A stretch of 64,000 nucleotides of DNA from an uncultured virus (IMG/VR IMGVR_UViG_3300025413_000017) (taxonomy: Duplodnaviria; Heunggongvirae; Uroviricota; Caudoviricetes): the IMG/VR virus record IMGVR_UViG_3300025413_000017, positions 1 through 64,000 of that record. One strand, given 5' to 3'. The translations under genes were made by a program, and so were the position numbers. This document shows positions 7,887-17,582 of the stretch, piece after piece (within the stretch, counting starts at the first letter, position 1; each line of letters begins with the position of its first letter). The notes beneath the pieces were generated by a model. The model had not been told where the DNA came from, did no database searches, and saw only the letters and a list, made by a program, of their open reading frames with translations.

Positions 7887-7996
7887 GATATTGGTGAGAA
7901 GGAGTCCCCGGGAGGAGGAATCAATTTCAACTGCGACTCCCGGGCGACCCTGTAAATAGACCCATTTTCTGAGTCTGCAACTCCTTACCTAATATC
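7887..7996 (-). ncRNA. GC-rich multi-stem structured intergenic element
   Basis: Nested pairings GATATT/AATATC, AAGGAGTT/GACTCCTT, AGACTCA/TGGGTCT and CCCGGGAG/CTCCCGGG. Confidence 0.5.
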
Positions 7997-8210
7997 AGGA
8001 CTCCTTTACATTATCCTTTCCAAAATTCTCTGCTCTCTTAATTAAAGAAACCATATACTCTACAAACTCTTCTATGTCAGAAAGGTTTTCTTTCTTATCA
8101 CTGTGGTCAACCATAATTGTCTTACCAATCATAGTAGAGTGTATCTTCCCGGACAAGATGTAGTCCATCAGTTCTCTTTGCATCTTGTCATACTTCTTTA
8201 TTTTTTTCAT
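7995..8210 (-). CDS. Hypothetical protein
   Basis: 71 aa ORF with a purine-rich RBS. Confidence 0.55.
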   Translation of the reverse strand: MKKIKKYDKMQRELMDYILSGKIHSTMIGKTIMVDHSDKKENLSDIEEFVEYMVSLIKRAENFGKDNVKES

Positions 8211-8228
8211 ACTTATCTTTCTTTCTCC

Positions 8229-8606
8229 CTACCAGCCGTGTCCGCAACCATATTGGTCGGGAACATAGCCACTCGAATTTATTTTTTTTGCTATATATAT
8301 TTGTTCTTCTATAGAAGCATCAGCTGCATTATTAGCAAACTGACCACCACCATAAGAAGTCCAATTGTGATTAGTAATTCCTAGACCTCCAGAGTATAGG
8401 GGACCTCTGAGAGTCCAGTTATAACCGGTTTCACATACTGCTACCTTCTCCCACTTTAATACTATTTCTCTAGGGACAAGTCCTACATTTACTACAGGTG
8501 TTTCAATTTTTGTTGTCGTTGTTACTGTATTGTTGGTGTCCGCAGAAGCATTATTTACTATAAATAATGATATTGCTAAAACTCCAAGTGCAATTAAACG
8601 TGTCAA
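8229..8606 (-). CDS. Secreted resuscitation-promoting factor (Rpf)-like lytic transglycosylase
   Basis: Signal peptide ending ASA, then WEKVAVCETG.NW....YSGGL.....W..YGG....A..AS.EEQI..A with the catalytic Glu. Confidence 0.85.
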   Translation of the reverse strand: MTRLIALGVLAISLFIVNNASADTNNTVTTTTKIETPVVNVGLVPREIVLKWEKVAVCETGYNWTLRGPLYSGGLGITNHNWTSYGGGQFANNAADASIEEQIYIAKKINSSGYVPDQYGCGHGW

Positions 8607-8674
8607 AATTACTCCAATGTTAGATTAATAAGAACATTTAGTTACTATAATTTCTCCTCTCGTTTGATTAATGA

Positions 8675-8703
8675 AGTATATAACAAGCTACTCTTGATTT
8701 CAA
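8675..8703 (-). promoter_or_regulatory. SigA-type promoter TTGAAA-N17-TATACT
   Basis: 17 nt spacer; the -35 box overlaps the helicase stop codon. Confidence 0.65.
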
Positions 8704-10550
8704 GAATTAAATAACAAACCTTTTGGTGTCATTTCAATGGTGTCATCCATATCTACATTCTCATCTACTACACCTCGAATGGCTTCTGCTTCAGATCTTC
8801 TTCTAAGAATTTTGCCATCCACCCGCTCCTCAATAGTTCCCACTGCGACTGGACGGTAGATCCAGGTATTACTAATGCCCTTTGAACGGGAATCTGCACG
8901 ATTGATACGGTCTTTCCGTTGTTTGTATTCTGCATAAGTCCTGGGAATTTCGATGTTCCAAAGATATGGTGCATATAGATTTAGTCCTTCCTGACCAACA
9001 TCACTTGTAAGTAACACTGCAGGACCTTTAGTTGAATTAAAAGTTTGAATGTTACGGGTTGTCTCTTCTGACTTCATACCTACACCCCAAATTGGTAGGA
9101 TAGGAACTCCAGAAAATTTTTTCTTTAAAGCTTCAAGGTATGGGAATAGTGTCCCATGTGTCCAGAAAGTAAACAATACTACTTTTTCATTTGCTTCAAA
9201 AATTGTCTCAAGGTTACTTTCAATCAATTGATACTTAGCACTGTTTTCAATAGAAATCAAATCATCAAATTGTTCAACTATTTCTTTAGCAAACTTACTT
9301 TCACTATTCCTAAGGCCTTCGGTTGTGTTACAAATCATTCTTAAAGTATCAATATAGGCCCAACTTGAAACAGGGTTATCTGGATTGTAACGTGCCCTTG
9401 CCTCTTCTTCTGCCCAATCATAAACAATACGATCTTGGTCAGAAAGTTGGTAAACTATTCTCTTCGGCATACTTTCTGGAAACTGCTTAGCAATGTGGGG
9501 GTCACTTTTCATTGCAATGTGAGTCCAGTTTTCATGTTTCTTACCAAGGAGTGGTAATTTGGTACGGTCCCACTCTCTAACATAAAGTTCACGAACATAA
9601 CCACGTTCAAATACCTCTAGTTCTTTAGCATAAACTCTTTTAAATTCATCTCTTGTAAGGTCACTAACCCCAGGGATACCAGGACTAATAGTTGTAAAAA
9701 TATTTCTAATATTTAAAGGACTAGTTGTGTAAGGAGTTGCTGTTAGTGCAAGACATTTGGTTCCTTCATTCTTACTAAGAAGTGTCTCAAAACCTTCACT
9801 GAGCAAACTAGTTCCTGTATTGATTTTTTGTGCTTCATCAATTACAACTAGAACTCTCTTGCCTTCAATTTTTTCAAGAATTTGTTGAAGGTCAGTACGG
9901 GAATAATCCGCAACTTTTCCTCTTACTCCTGCTTTTTTAACCATACTAGGACCACGAACTTTTTCGTAGTTAAGAACTAATACTTGACTATTGTCTTCTT
10001 TGTAAAACTTGTGTCTTTTGCTTCTTTCAAGCTCACCAACTTTTGCAACTGAACAAGTAGTCATACGTTTAAACTCTTGCTCCCAGTCATGTTGTTTAAT
10101 TTTTTTACAAAAAACCAGTACAATATCTACTAAATCTTCTTGAAACAACTTTTGACTTATTAAACAACTGAGAAGTGTTTTACCAGCACCTGTATCCCAT
10201 TGGATTAAGATTCTGTTACAATCATCATTTTTTACTTGATTCCAGACCATGTTAAGGCCTATATTTTGAAAAGGAAATAATTTATTACTTAATAAGAAAG
10301 GTGATGATACATCAAAGTTATTAGTAATTGAATTATAAAGCTTATTATATAAAGTTTCAGCCTCATCATCTTGAAACTTAAAAACATAACCATCAGATTC
10401 AAGTTGATTATGAAATTCAACTAGTCTGTCTCTATTTCTTAGTGTACCATAAGGGTCAATATAGTTTTTATCTAGAGGTGTGAGAGATGAGTATCTTAAT
10501 ACTCCATTGAGTAACTCACTCTTCTGTATGAATACAGTATTCTGTGACAT
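8700..10550 (-). CDS. SNF2-like superfamily 2 helicase
   Basis: LFPFQ Q-motif, DTGAGKT, DEAQ, TATP, GQEGLNL and QRKDRINR. The second ATG (10550) is preferred as a leaderless start; 10556 is the alternative. Confidence 0.85.
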   Translation of the reverse strand: MSQNTVFIQKSELLNGVLRYSSLTPLDKNYIDPYGTLRNRDRLVEFHNQLESDGYVFKFQDDEAETLYNKLYNSITNNFDVSSPFLLSNKLFPFQNIGLNMVWNQVKNDDCNRILIQWDTGAGKTLLSCLISQKLFQEDLVDIVLVFCKKIKQHDWEQEFKRMTTCSVAKVGELERSKRHKFYKEDNSQVLVLNYEKVRGPSMVKKAGVRGKVADYSRTDLQQILEKIEGKRVLVVIDEAQKINTGTSLLSEGFETLLSKNEGTKCLALTATPYTTSPLNIRNIFTTISPGIPGVSDLTRDEFKRVYAKELEVFERGYVRELYVREWDRTKLPLLGKKHENWTHIAMKSDPHIAKQFPESMPKRIVYQLSDQDRIVYDWAEEEARARYNPDNPVSSWAYIDTLRMICNTTEGLRNSESKFAKEIVEQFDDLISIENSAKYQLIESNLETIFEANEKVVLFTFWTHGTLFPYLEALKKKFSGVPILPIWGVGMKSEETTRNIQTFNSTKGPAVLLTSDVGQEGLNLYAPYLWNIEIPRTYAEYKQRKDRINRADSRSKGISNTWIYRPVAVGTIEERVDGKILRRRSEAEAIRGVVDENVDMDDTIEMTPKGLLFNS

Positions 10551-10557
10551 GGTCATA

Positions 10558-10586
10558 ATTTTAATAGATAAACTCTATAAAATCAA
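10558..10586 (-). promoter_or_regulatory. SigA-type promoter TTGATT-N17-TAAAAT, probably giving a leaderless mRNA
   Basis: The -10 box lies 7 nt before the ATG at 10550, and there is no Shine-Dalgarno sequence. Confidence 0.6.
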
Positions 10587-10589
10587 GAG

Positions 10590-13562
10590 TTAATCTAGAT
10601 AATATGGGTAACTTATGTTCATCAGAACACCAATATCGTATTGAGAAGGGTGTAGTTCTGACCTTAATTGGAATAGTGGTCTTTGAGCAGGTGTTCTCTT
10701 CCAACTTAGTTCATTTGTCTTTGGATCTCCTACATAATTAATTTGAGTTGTACTGTAGTAAGGACTTTGAGTATAATTAGGGACTAATGTTAAAGAAGAA
10801 ATTTGTGCGTTATCTTGAAGAATAGTTCCTCTAAGTTGTATCTGGTTGCTAGGAGCCCTTAGATTAATAGTGGCATCAGGGTCATTAATTCCTGTGGTAA
10901 TCCAATTCCAGTTATTCCCTGTACCATCTGAGCAATACTCCCATGTTACTGGATTATAGAAGATTCCAAACATTGCAAGGTCATAAGACTCTCCTTGGCC
11001 ATTTGTTTGAGTTAGTCTTGTACTAAAGTTGTTTGAATTGTAGTAACCTGAAACAAGTGTAAAGGGAACTTCAATGTCAACCCAAGTGCGTGGTGGTATA
11101 TTTGAAAATTGCTTGTGGGCAAGCTCAACACCATTTGAATAAAGTGTACATTTGTAAGTTCCAAAACTAGTATTAGGAAGGTATATTCTTGAAACTGCAG
11201 AAATTCTCATACCACTAGTTACCAAAGGCCGTGTCCATGAAGATGGTGTGAATCCACTTGAACCAAGGAAGTATCCTGCTTGACTTAAACCAACAGTTCC
11301 AGAAACTGCTATTGAAAAACTTACACTACTTGTATTAAGTGGTTGAGTAGTTGTAAATGTCAAGAATTGGTTTGCACCACTTATGTTTGTAGTGTAACCA
11401 CTTGTTGTTACCCCACCAGCACCACTATACGTAACATTAGTAGTAACAGAACCTGAACCACTTGCAGTAATTATAAATGTATATCCTCTAAGTTGAATAG
11501 CACCCAAGGATGGAGTAACACTATAAGCATCAGAACCAAAATCTGTATTACCATAATCAGGTTGACCCCAAGAAACATTTGTTGATACCGGCAAACCAAT
11601 ACTAGTAACACCTGAAATAGATGCATTTGTAACAACACTATTTGCACTTAAGGGACCGGACCATCCTGTTCCACTTATAACAAATGCTTCTGCTGTAGTT
11701 AAAAGGTTTTGGCCTCCACCAACAACTGCCGATTGAACATAAGTTTGAACAGGGTTACCACTAGGTACAAAACTCCATACACCATAGTTTGTACTACCTT
11801 GTATGTTAGAAACAGTTGATATACCACTAGTAGTAATACCTAAGTTTGCAAGATTTGAACCTAGTAGTACTGTTTGGGCATTTGTCAAATAAGGAACCCA
11901 GTCACTACTTAAAGCAGCAAACTTAAAGCTTGGATAATTACTAAAAGTTTTTAAGTTTTTTGTTATTAGTTGTGTACCAGCAAGGCCTGTGTAACCCATA
12001 CCACTAACAACCGAGTAGGTTACACCACTTATAGTAGTATTTATAATTGAAGGAGTTCTAAAAGTAGCTGTACTTGAACCACTTACAATTGTTGTTGTGT
12101 TATTTGTTAAATAATCTGTAAAGTCAGGGTAATCCATTTGAACTGTTTGGTCAGTACCATAAAGACTCAATGACTTAATACCTGTAAAATAAGCTTCATG
12201 CCAAGTTTGATTTACTGGAACTTGTTTGTAAATATGTTGTGTTACATAAGGGAATCTACGACTAATAAATGCAACATCAGTAACTGGGTTATATGTTGAG
12301 CCAAGGCCGGCAACACTTTCGACAGTCTTATAACTTACTGTGGGGTCAGTAATAGTTGTATTAGAGTTAACAAAATTTGAAGAAGAGTTATTCCCAATTG
12401 CATTTAAACTATTTAAAGTACTTGCACTTGCACCATAGAAGGAGTTTGAAGAAATATTTGTATTATAATTAGTAGTTGGTGTGACTGCTGAACTAAATAC
12501 ATAATTTTGATTAGCAATATCTGGGATTGCTCTTTCTGAGTTTGTATAAAAATTGTCAACCCAGTCAGGGAAAACACTAATAACTTTTTGGATAGAATCT
12601 AACTTTAAGTCATAAGGTTCTGGTGTAAGTTGAGTGAATTCAAACTTTAAATAACGAGCAGAAATTGTAGGCAATTGATAAATACCTTTTTTAAGCCTAA
12701 AGTCTCTTTGAACAGGATACCAGTAACTATTATCAAAAGAATAGTAAAGATTAAAAATTGTCCCTGTGTATAATGGGTCTATATACATTTTATTTATAGA
12801 CTGTAAAGAACCCATATCAATTACAAAATATACAACTGAATCTCCTACAGGTTGTGGGGAACACTTCCAATAAGTAGTAGAGTCATTATCATTAATATTA
12901 TTGATACTGTAAACAGTAGGGTTGTAATTTTCTACAAAACCAAGTATACTTTGCGTTGTAATACCAGAAACAACCGTGTTATTAACTGTTATATCCTGTA
13001 AAGTTTGAACATTTAGTTTAAATAAAAAGTTACTTACACCAAGTTGGTATTGTGTATTTGTAGGCCTTTTAGTAAGTACAAGTTGAAGTGAAGAGTTTGA
13101 AGATGTAAGAAGGTAAGTTTGACCTAAGGGCACAACTATGTATTGCCAGTAATCTGTGTTATACTCAGTTATAGCACCAGTTGATAGTTGGGTTGTTCCG
13201 CTTGGTGTTATAAGATTTAGTGTCCAATTAACAGGAACTTGAAGTAAACTAAAACTAACTGTATTACAGTAAGTGTCTCTGTTAAATTGAAAAGCTAAAT
13301 TGTAAGTAGTATTTACTTGGTCATCAACTATTCCTGAATACCATTCATTAACATTTGGAGTCTGGGGGAATGAATATGCACCAATATTACTAGTTTGGTT
13401 AGTTAGTGGGTCTTGATAAGTATCTGTAGTTTGAGTAATTGTGTCAATAACTCCGGTGACTGCATAAACACCGTCAACTATCAATCCGTCCACTGTCATT
13501 GGTGGATTACTACCATTTAAGTAAGTTTTTAAAGGATTTAATTTTTTAGGGTGTAGTGTCAT
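10590..13562 (-). CDS. Minor tail / baseplate peripheral protein with discoidin (F5/8)-like domain
   Basis: D.DSTTYWKC.PQ....FVIDMG...ARYLKFEFT motif; last gene of the baseplate block; beta-rich. Confidence 0.65.
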   Translation of the reverse strand: MTLHPKKLNPLKTYLNGSNPPMTVDGLIVDGVYAVTGVIDTITQTTDTYQDPLTNQTSNIGAYSFPQTPNVNEWYSGIVDDQVNTTYNLAFQFNRDTYCNTVSFSLLQVPVNWTLNLITPSGTTQLSTGAITEYNTDYWQYIVVPLGQTYLLTSSNSSLQLVLTKRPTNTQYQLGVSNFLFKLNVQTLQDITVNNTVVSGITTQSILGFVENYNPTVYSINNINDNDSTTYWKCSPQPVGDSVVYFVIDMGSLQSINKMYIDPLYTGTIFNLYYSFDNSYWYPVQRDFRLKKGIYQLPTISARYLKFEFTQLTPEPYDLKLDSIQKVISVFPDWVDNFYTNSERAIPDIANQNYVFSSAVTPTTNYNTNISSNSFYGASASTLNSLNAIGNNSSSNFVNSNTTITDPTVSYKTVESVAGLGSTYNPVTDVAFISRRFPYVTQHIYKQVPVNQTWHEAYFTGIKSLSLYGTDQTVQMDYPDFTDYLTNNTTTIVSGSSTATFRTPSIINTTISGVTYSVVSGMGYTGLAGTQLITKNLKTFSNYPSFKFAALSSDWVPYLTNAQTVLLGSNLANLGITTSGISTVSNIQGSTNYGVWSFVPSGNPVQTYVQSAVVGGGQNLLTTAEAFVISGTGWSGPLSANSVVTNASISGVTSIGLPVSTNVSWGQPDYGNTDFGSDAYSVTPSLGAIQLRGYTFIITASGSGSVTTNVTYSGAGGVTTSGYTTNISGANQFLTFTTTQPLNTSSVSFSIAVSGTVGLSQAGYFLGSSGFTPSSWTRPLVTSGMRISAVSRIYLPNTSFGTYKCTLYSNGVELAHKQFSNIPPRTWVDIEVPFTLVSGYYNSNNFSTRLTQTNGQGESYDLAMFGIFYNPVTWEYCSDGTGNNWNWITTGINDPDATINLRAPSNQIQLRGTILQDNAQISSLTLVPNYTQSPYYSTTQINYVGDPKTNELSWKRTPAQRPLFQLRSELHPSQYDIGVLMNISYPYYLD

Positions 13563-14551
13563 TATTGAGCTCCAAAAACTGTGCTTGTAACGGGCAAGGT
13601 TGGTGCACCAAGAGGGTATTGTGTAGTATACGAATTCAAAGTTTGACCACTTGCTGTAACTGGTGTTATGGTAACAGTTGATACATTTGTAGTAACATCA
13701 ATTGAAACTTCTTGAGAAGTTGTAAAAGCAAAATTAGGTGCGGTTATAGGTTTACCATTTTCTAACCAATATCTTGTATAAACAGAAGGACTTTGATTAT
13801 TAATTGCATAAGAAGGGGTATTAATATTATTAGCAGTAACTACTCTAGTAAATGTAAATAGTTCTGAATTATCAGAAATTGGTGTGTAGGGTACAGGAGA
13901 AAAATTATTTATATTTCCAGATACTTGAGTTATAACTGTACCAATTGGTGATACTTTTTTTAATGAATTAAGTATTGCTGTTCTTTGAACGTTACTTACA
14001 GTCAACCCACTAGGAGCATTATAAACAAGTATTGTTTCTTGAGAACCAAAACCATTACTCCAACCATTTGCACTAACTACACCGCTTGCTGTAGTCCAGT
14101 TTTCAATTACAAGTGCCTGAACTTGTGCTGTTGCTTCAGCGGTTGCCTGAATACCTTGAACAGTCCCACCTTTTAATAAGGCAGTCATTAAAGCAATCAA
14201 TCTTTCACGATAGTTTGAGTCTTTAATAAAGACATCATTCCATTGTTTTGGTGTAAGTTGGTCAGTAAATGGGTTTACAGGAGTATTGTAAAATTCAGTA
14301 GTAAGTCTAGGAGCATTAAGTAATTCACCAATTGTATTTTCTAGATCTGAAAATTGAACATATTGTTGAGTTAATCTTGCAGCTATTTGAGATGCTGAAA
14401 GTTGACCTGTACCTGCATTTCCTAATAGGGAACTCATTAATATTGTTAATAAGTCTCCTGGGTTAAAGTCATAAACATTGTCTGGGAAATTTCTAGTTTT
14501 CCAAGAAAGTGTTTGACTTATATTTAAGGGTAGTGAATTACCTGTAGCCAT
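13562..14551 (-). CDS. Baseplate wedge protein (P2 gpI-like)
   Basis: D..YRERL......KGGT..GI...AEA motif; follows the baseplate J gene. Confidence 0.65.
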   Translation of the reverse strand: MATGNSLPLNISQTLSWKTRNFPDNVYDFNPGDLLTILMSSLLGNAGTGQLSASQIAARLTQQYVQFSDLENTIGELLNAPRLTTEFYNTPVNPFTDQLTPKQWNDVFIKDSNYRERLIALMTALLKGGTVQGIQATAEATAQVQALVIENWTTASGVVSANGWSNGFGSQETILVYNAPSGLTVSNVQRTAILNSLKKVSPIGTVITQVSGNINNFSPVPYTPISDNSELFTFTRVVTANNINTPSYAINNQSPSVYTRYWLENGKPITAPNFAFTTSQEVSIDVTTNVSTVTITPVTASGQTLNSYTTQYPLGAPTLPVTSTVFGAQ

Positions 14552-17103
14552 TAGAAGTTATTAACTCCAAATACTGTATAGTTTATTTGCCAAACAGTAG
14601 GTAGTTGATTATTTGCTAATAGTATATCTTTAAAATATGGTCCACTAGAAATAGTGTTGTCTATATTATAAATTGAAATACCATAATTAATTGGGTTGTC
14701 TGCTTGAGTTGAAATTCTAATTGCTTGTACTCCAGTTGAATTTGCGGCTGCACTTAGTAAAGAAGCAATACTAACTGAAGAACCAAAGGTTACAGAATTT
14801 AAATAATTTGTAACTGCATTTTGAATAGATGTGTTAGCAACAATTGGGTTTGTATTAGGAGTATAGACAACTGAGAAATTTATTGCTAGTGGCAAGAACT
14901 TTGCTATATGAGTTAGTGTGTTTGAACCAACAACTCTACTTTGTTGAGAAAGATTGTCAACACTTACAACATCTGCATAGTAACTGTGTGAAATAGTTCC
15001 TACCTGGTAATTAACAGAACTAGGATAATTGGTTAAATAACTTCCTGTAGGGTCAACTGCTTTTAGGGCAACACCACCTATGTCTAATATACTTCCTGCA
15101 GTTTTTGTATTGTCATAGACAGGGTATGAAACAGAAACCCAACTAGTATTATTAGAAGCGATGTTACTTGTAAGGTTATTTGCAAGAACAATTTGGTTAG
15201 GGTTACCAGGAATCAAAGAAGTAATATAGTTTCCTGTTCCAATTCCAGAAATTGTATTGTTCCCGTAAGTACCACTAATTACCAAACCTACTTGCAATCC
15301 GGAGATTGAAGTAGAAGTATAAAGAACATTTGTACCTGAGAGGCCAGATGCTACTAAAGTTGTGCCATTTGTAGTTACAGGGTCAATTGCAATTGGGAAA
15401 CTTATACTTCCAAAAGTAATATAACTTGGAACATTCCCTGAAACAACTTGGTTAGGAAAGTTGGCAATTGGATCTTGGGTAAAATTAATATAATAGTCAC
15501 CAACGGTAGGCATAGAACCATTTGCTTGAACAAAATTATTTGCTTGGTAAGAACCACCAAGACCACTTGTAGTAATTGTATTACTAGTTACCATTACAAC
15601 TTGTTCTGTTGCGGTTTGGGTATTTGTACTATTAATAAAAATATCAACAAAATTAGAGTTTAGTATTTGACCACCTGAAATAATTGTTCTACTACTAATT
15701 GGTGTGTAAGTAGATTGAAGTTGAACAGTCGCCCCGGTATAAGTTGCAGGAGAGTTATTTGGTCCTGGTATGAAAGTTACTCTAGGAGCACAAGTTCCAC
15801 TAATATTTTGGTAATAAGTGTAATCAACATTTCTTGTAAATATAGTTTGATTAGGTGAATTTAAGTTAGTACCAACAACTTCATAACCTGCCGGATAACT
15901 AAATTGTGAATCTGGAATCTTACTATAGATAGTATTAACAGCGGTAGTATTTGAACCACTAGTAACTATAATATTCCAAGGAATGTTTTGGTTAAAAGTT
16001 ACAGTAACACCACTTGATACAACAGCGTTGGTACCAGTTACTGTAATACCAATTGTATTTTGATAATTCAAAGAAATGCTATTTAGTAGACCACTAATAG
16101 CAGTTGCAACGTTTGCAAAAGTACTTGTACCATTTAAAGTAGTTGGTGCAGTACCAGAATAGACATAAGCAATGTTTAAGTAACCACTTGCAGTAGGTGC
16201 TGTTCCTGAAAGGTTATAGTTCGTTCCGTCATAAGTAACAGTTCCTGTATAAATACTAGCAGGAGTGGTACTTGAAATTGGTATAGAAACATTTGGTTCT
16301 AGTGTTCCCAAGTAACCTGAAGCAACCAAACTTCCAGATATTGCTATAAGTTGTGCTTGGGTTTGCAACCCAATATTAAAAGCTGCTGAACCACTAATTA
16401 CTGTACCAATTTGAAGATTTTCAGAATAATTTTGTTGAGCATTAACTATATTAGTTTGAGTGACAGAAGGATTTTGTTGAGCAATAGATTGAAACTTAGA
16501 AATTGTCCCTGCAAAGTTAGAGAAAGCAGTGTTTAAGAATCTTTGTTGAAGTTGACTATCAGTTTCAGTATCACTACCACCTGAAAGTGGGTAAGTATTA
16601 GTTACTGTGGTTACACCTACCAAAGGACTTGTAATTTTAGTTATGGTATTTGGGTCTAGGTTATTGAAAGAACCAGGAAGTGTTGAAATAATTGGAACAT
16701 TAACACTTGTTTGACCACTTGCTACAGTTGCAGGGCTAGTTGTTGTAAAAGCAACATTGGTAAAGTATTGATTAAGGTTTGCTGAAACTTGGGTGCCTAG
16801 CGGGACATCATAGTTTTGTACTGCAGGACTTGTTGTGCTAAAAACAGCAGTACCAATGGAACGAGTACCAAGTTGTCTAGTAATACCAAAAATGTTTACA
16901 AAGGCGTCAAGTTCTGAACCAAAATAACTTGTAACATCCAAACCATAAGTAAGCAGAGTTGAGTTATTGGTAGCATTTGCTATTTCTTGTGCTACTGACT
17001 CCATAATCTTATAAGTAGCACTACCTACAGTTGTGTCCCAAGTTGGGTCAGAAACTGAAAGTGAGGTTAATAGTCTAGTTAATATAGTATTTGTATCAGC
17101 CAT
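14551..17103 (-). CDS. Baseplate J-like protein with a large central insertion
   Basis: G.ELD.....FGITR..GTRS.G...F, TN.....GGSDTETD..L..R, and a C-terminal I..AV..YLN....G..V segment. Confidence 0.85.
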   Translation of the reverse strand: MADTNTILTRLLTSLSVSDPTWDTTVGSATYKIMESVAQEIANATNNSTLLTYGLDVTSYFGSELDAFVNIFGITRQLGTRSIGTAVFSTTSPAVQNYDVPLGTQVSANLNQYFTNVAFTTTSPATVASGQTSVNVPIISTLPGSFNNLDPNTITKITSPLVGVTTVTNTYPLSGGSDTETDSQLQQRFLNTAFSNFAGTISKFQSIAQQNPSVTQTNIVNAQQNYSENLQIGTVISGSAAFNIGLQTQAQLIAISGSLVASGYLGTLEPNVSIPISSTTPASIYTGTVTYDGTNYNLSGTAPTASGYLNIAYVYSGTAPTTLNGTSTFANVATAISGLLNSISLNYQNTIGITVTGTNAVVSSGVTVTFNQNIPWNIIVTSGSNTTAVNTIYSKIPDSQFSYPAGYEVVGTNLNSPNQTIFTRNVDYTYYQNISGTCAPRVTFIPGPNNSPATYTGATVQLQSTYTPISSRTIISGGQILNSNFVDIFINSTNTQTATEQVVMVTSNTITTSGLGGSYQANNFVQANGSMPTVGDYYINFTQDPIANFPNQVVSGNVPSYITFGSISFPIAIDPVTTNGTTLVASGLSGTNVLYTSTSISGLQVGLVISGTYGNNTISGIGTGNYITSLIPGNPNQIVLANNLTSNIASNNTSWVSVSYPVYDNTKTAGSILDIGGVALKAVDPTGSYLTNYPSSVNYQVGTISHSYYADVVSVDNLSQQSRVVGSNTLTHIAKFLPLAINFSVVYTPNTNPIVANTSIQNAVTNYLNSVTFGSSVSIASLLSAAANSTGVQAIRISTQADNPINYGISIYNIDNTISSGPYFKDILLANNQLPTVWQINYTVFGVNNF

Positions 17104-17551
17104 TGTTAACCTGTATTCCGTTTGGTGTGATTAATAGATTTAGTGCAAATTGTTGGCCATTTAAAGTAGAAATAGCAACAGTAGCATTTATAAAACCAGT
17201 TCCTTGTAGAACAGTTATGTCTCCAACACTTTGAATAATTTCAGACTTGTTATAGTAACTTAATTGAGAACTTTGTTGAAGGTTTTGAAGATTTTGAAGT
17301 TGCTGGGCAGAATAAAGTGAAATTATTCTTTGAATTTCTGCTTGAACTTGAGATAAGGTACTAGAAGTGATTGGCCCACCAATCATTGAATAAAGTGTAC
17401 TACCAAAGTTTGGTGTAGTATAGCCAATACCGTATTGTTCTTCTAACCAGAGTGCTAAGTCTTGGACTAATTTGTTAGAGCCTACAACAAATTGAAGTCT
17501 TCCACCACTATCTAGTACAAGATCCCCATTGGAAACTTGCATGCTTTTCAT
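17096..17551 (-). CDS. Baseplate wedge protein (gp25 / W-like)
   Basis: NGDLVL....L..V.G..KLVQDL..WL.E..G.....PNFGS.L motif; adjacent to baseplate J. Confidence 0.75.
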   Translation of the reverse strand: MKSMQVSNGDLVLDSGGRLQFVVGSNKLVQDLALWLEEQYGIGYTTPNFGSTLYSMIGGPITSSTLSQVQAEIQRIISLYSAQQLQNLQNLQQSSQLSYYNKSEIIQSVGDITVLQGTGFINATVAISTLNGQQFALNLLITPNGIQVNNG

Positions 17552-17582
17552 ATTACTTCCTTAAGTTTAGATGTTGAGTACA

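Noticed and set aside
8607..8675. c-di-AMP (ydaO) riboswitch upstream of the rpf-like gene
   Set aside because: The leader is short and AT-rich and lacks the GC-rich pseudo-symmetric helices.
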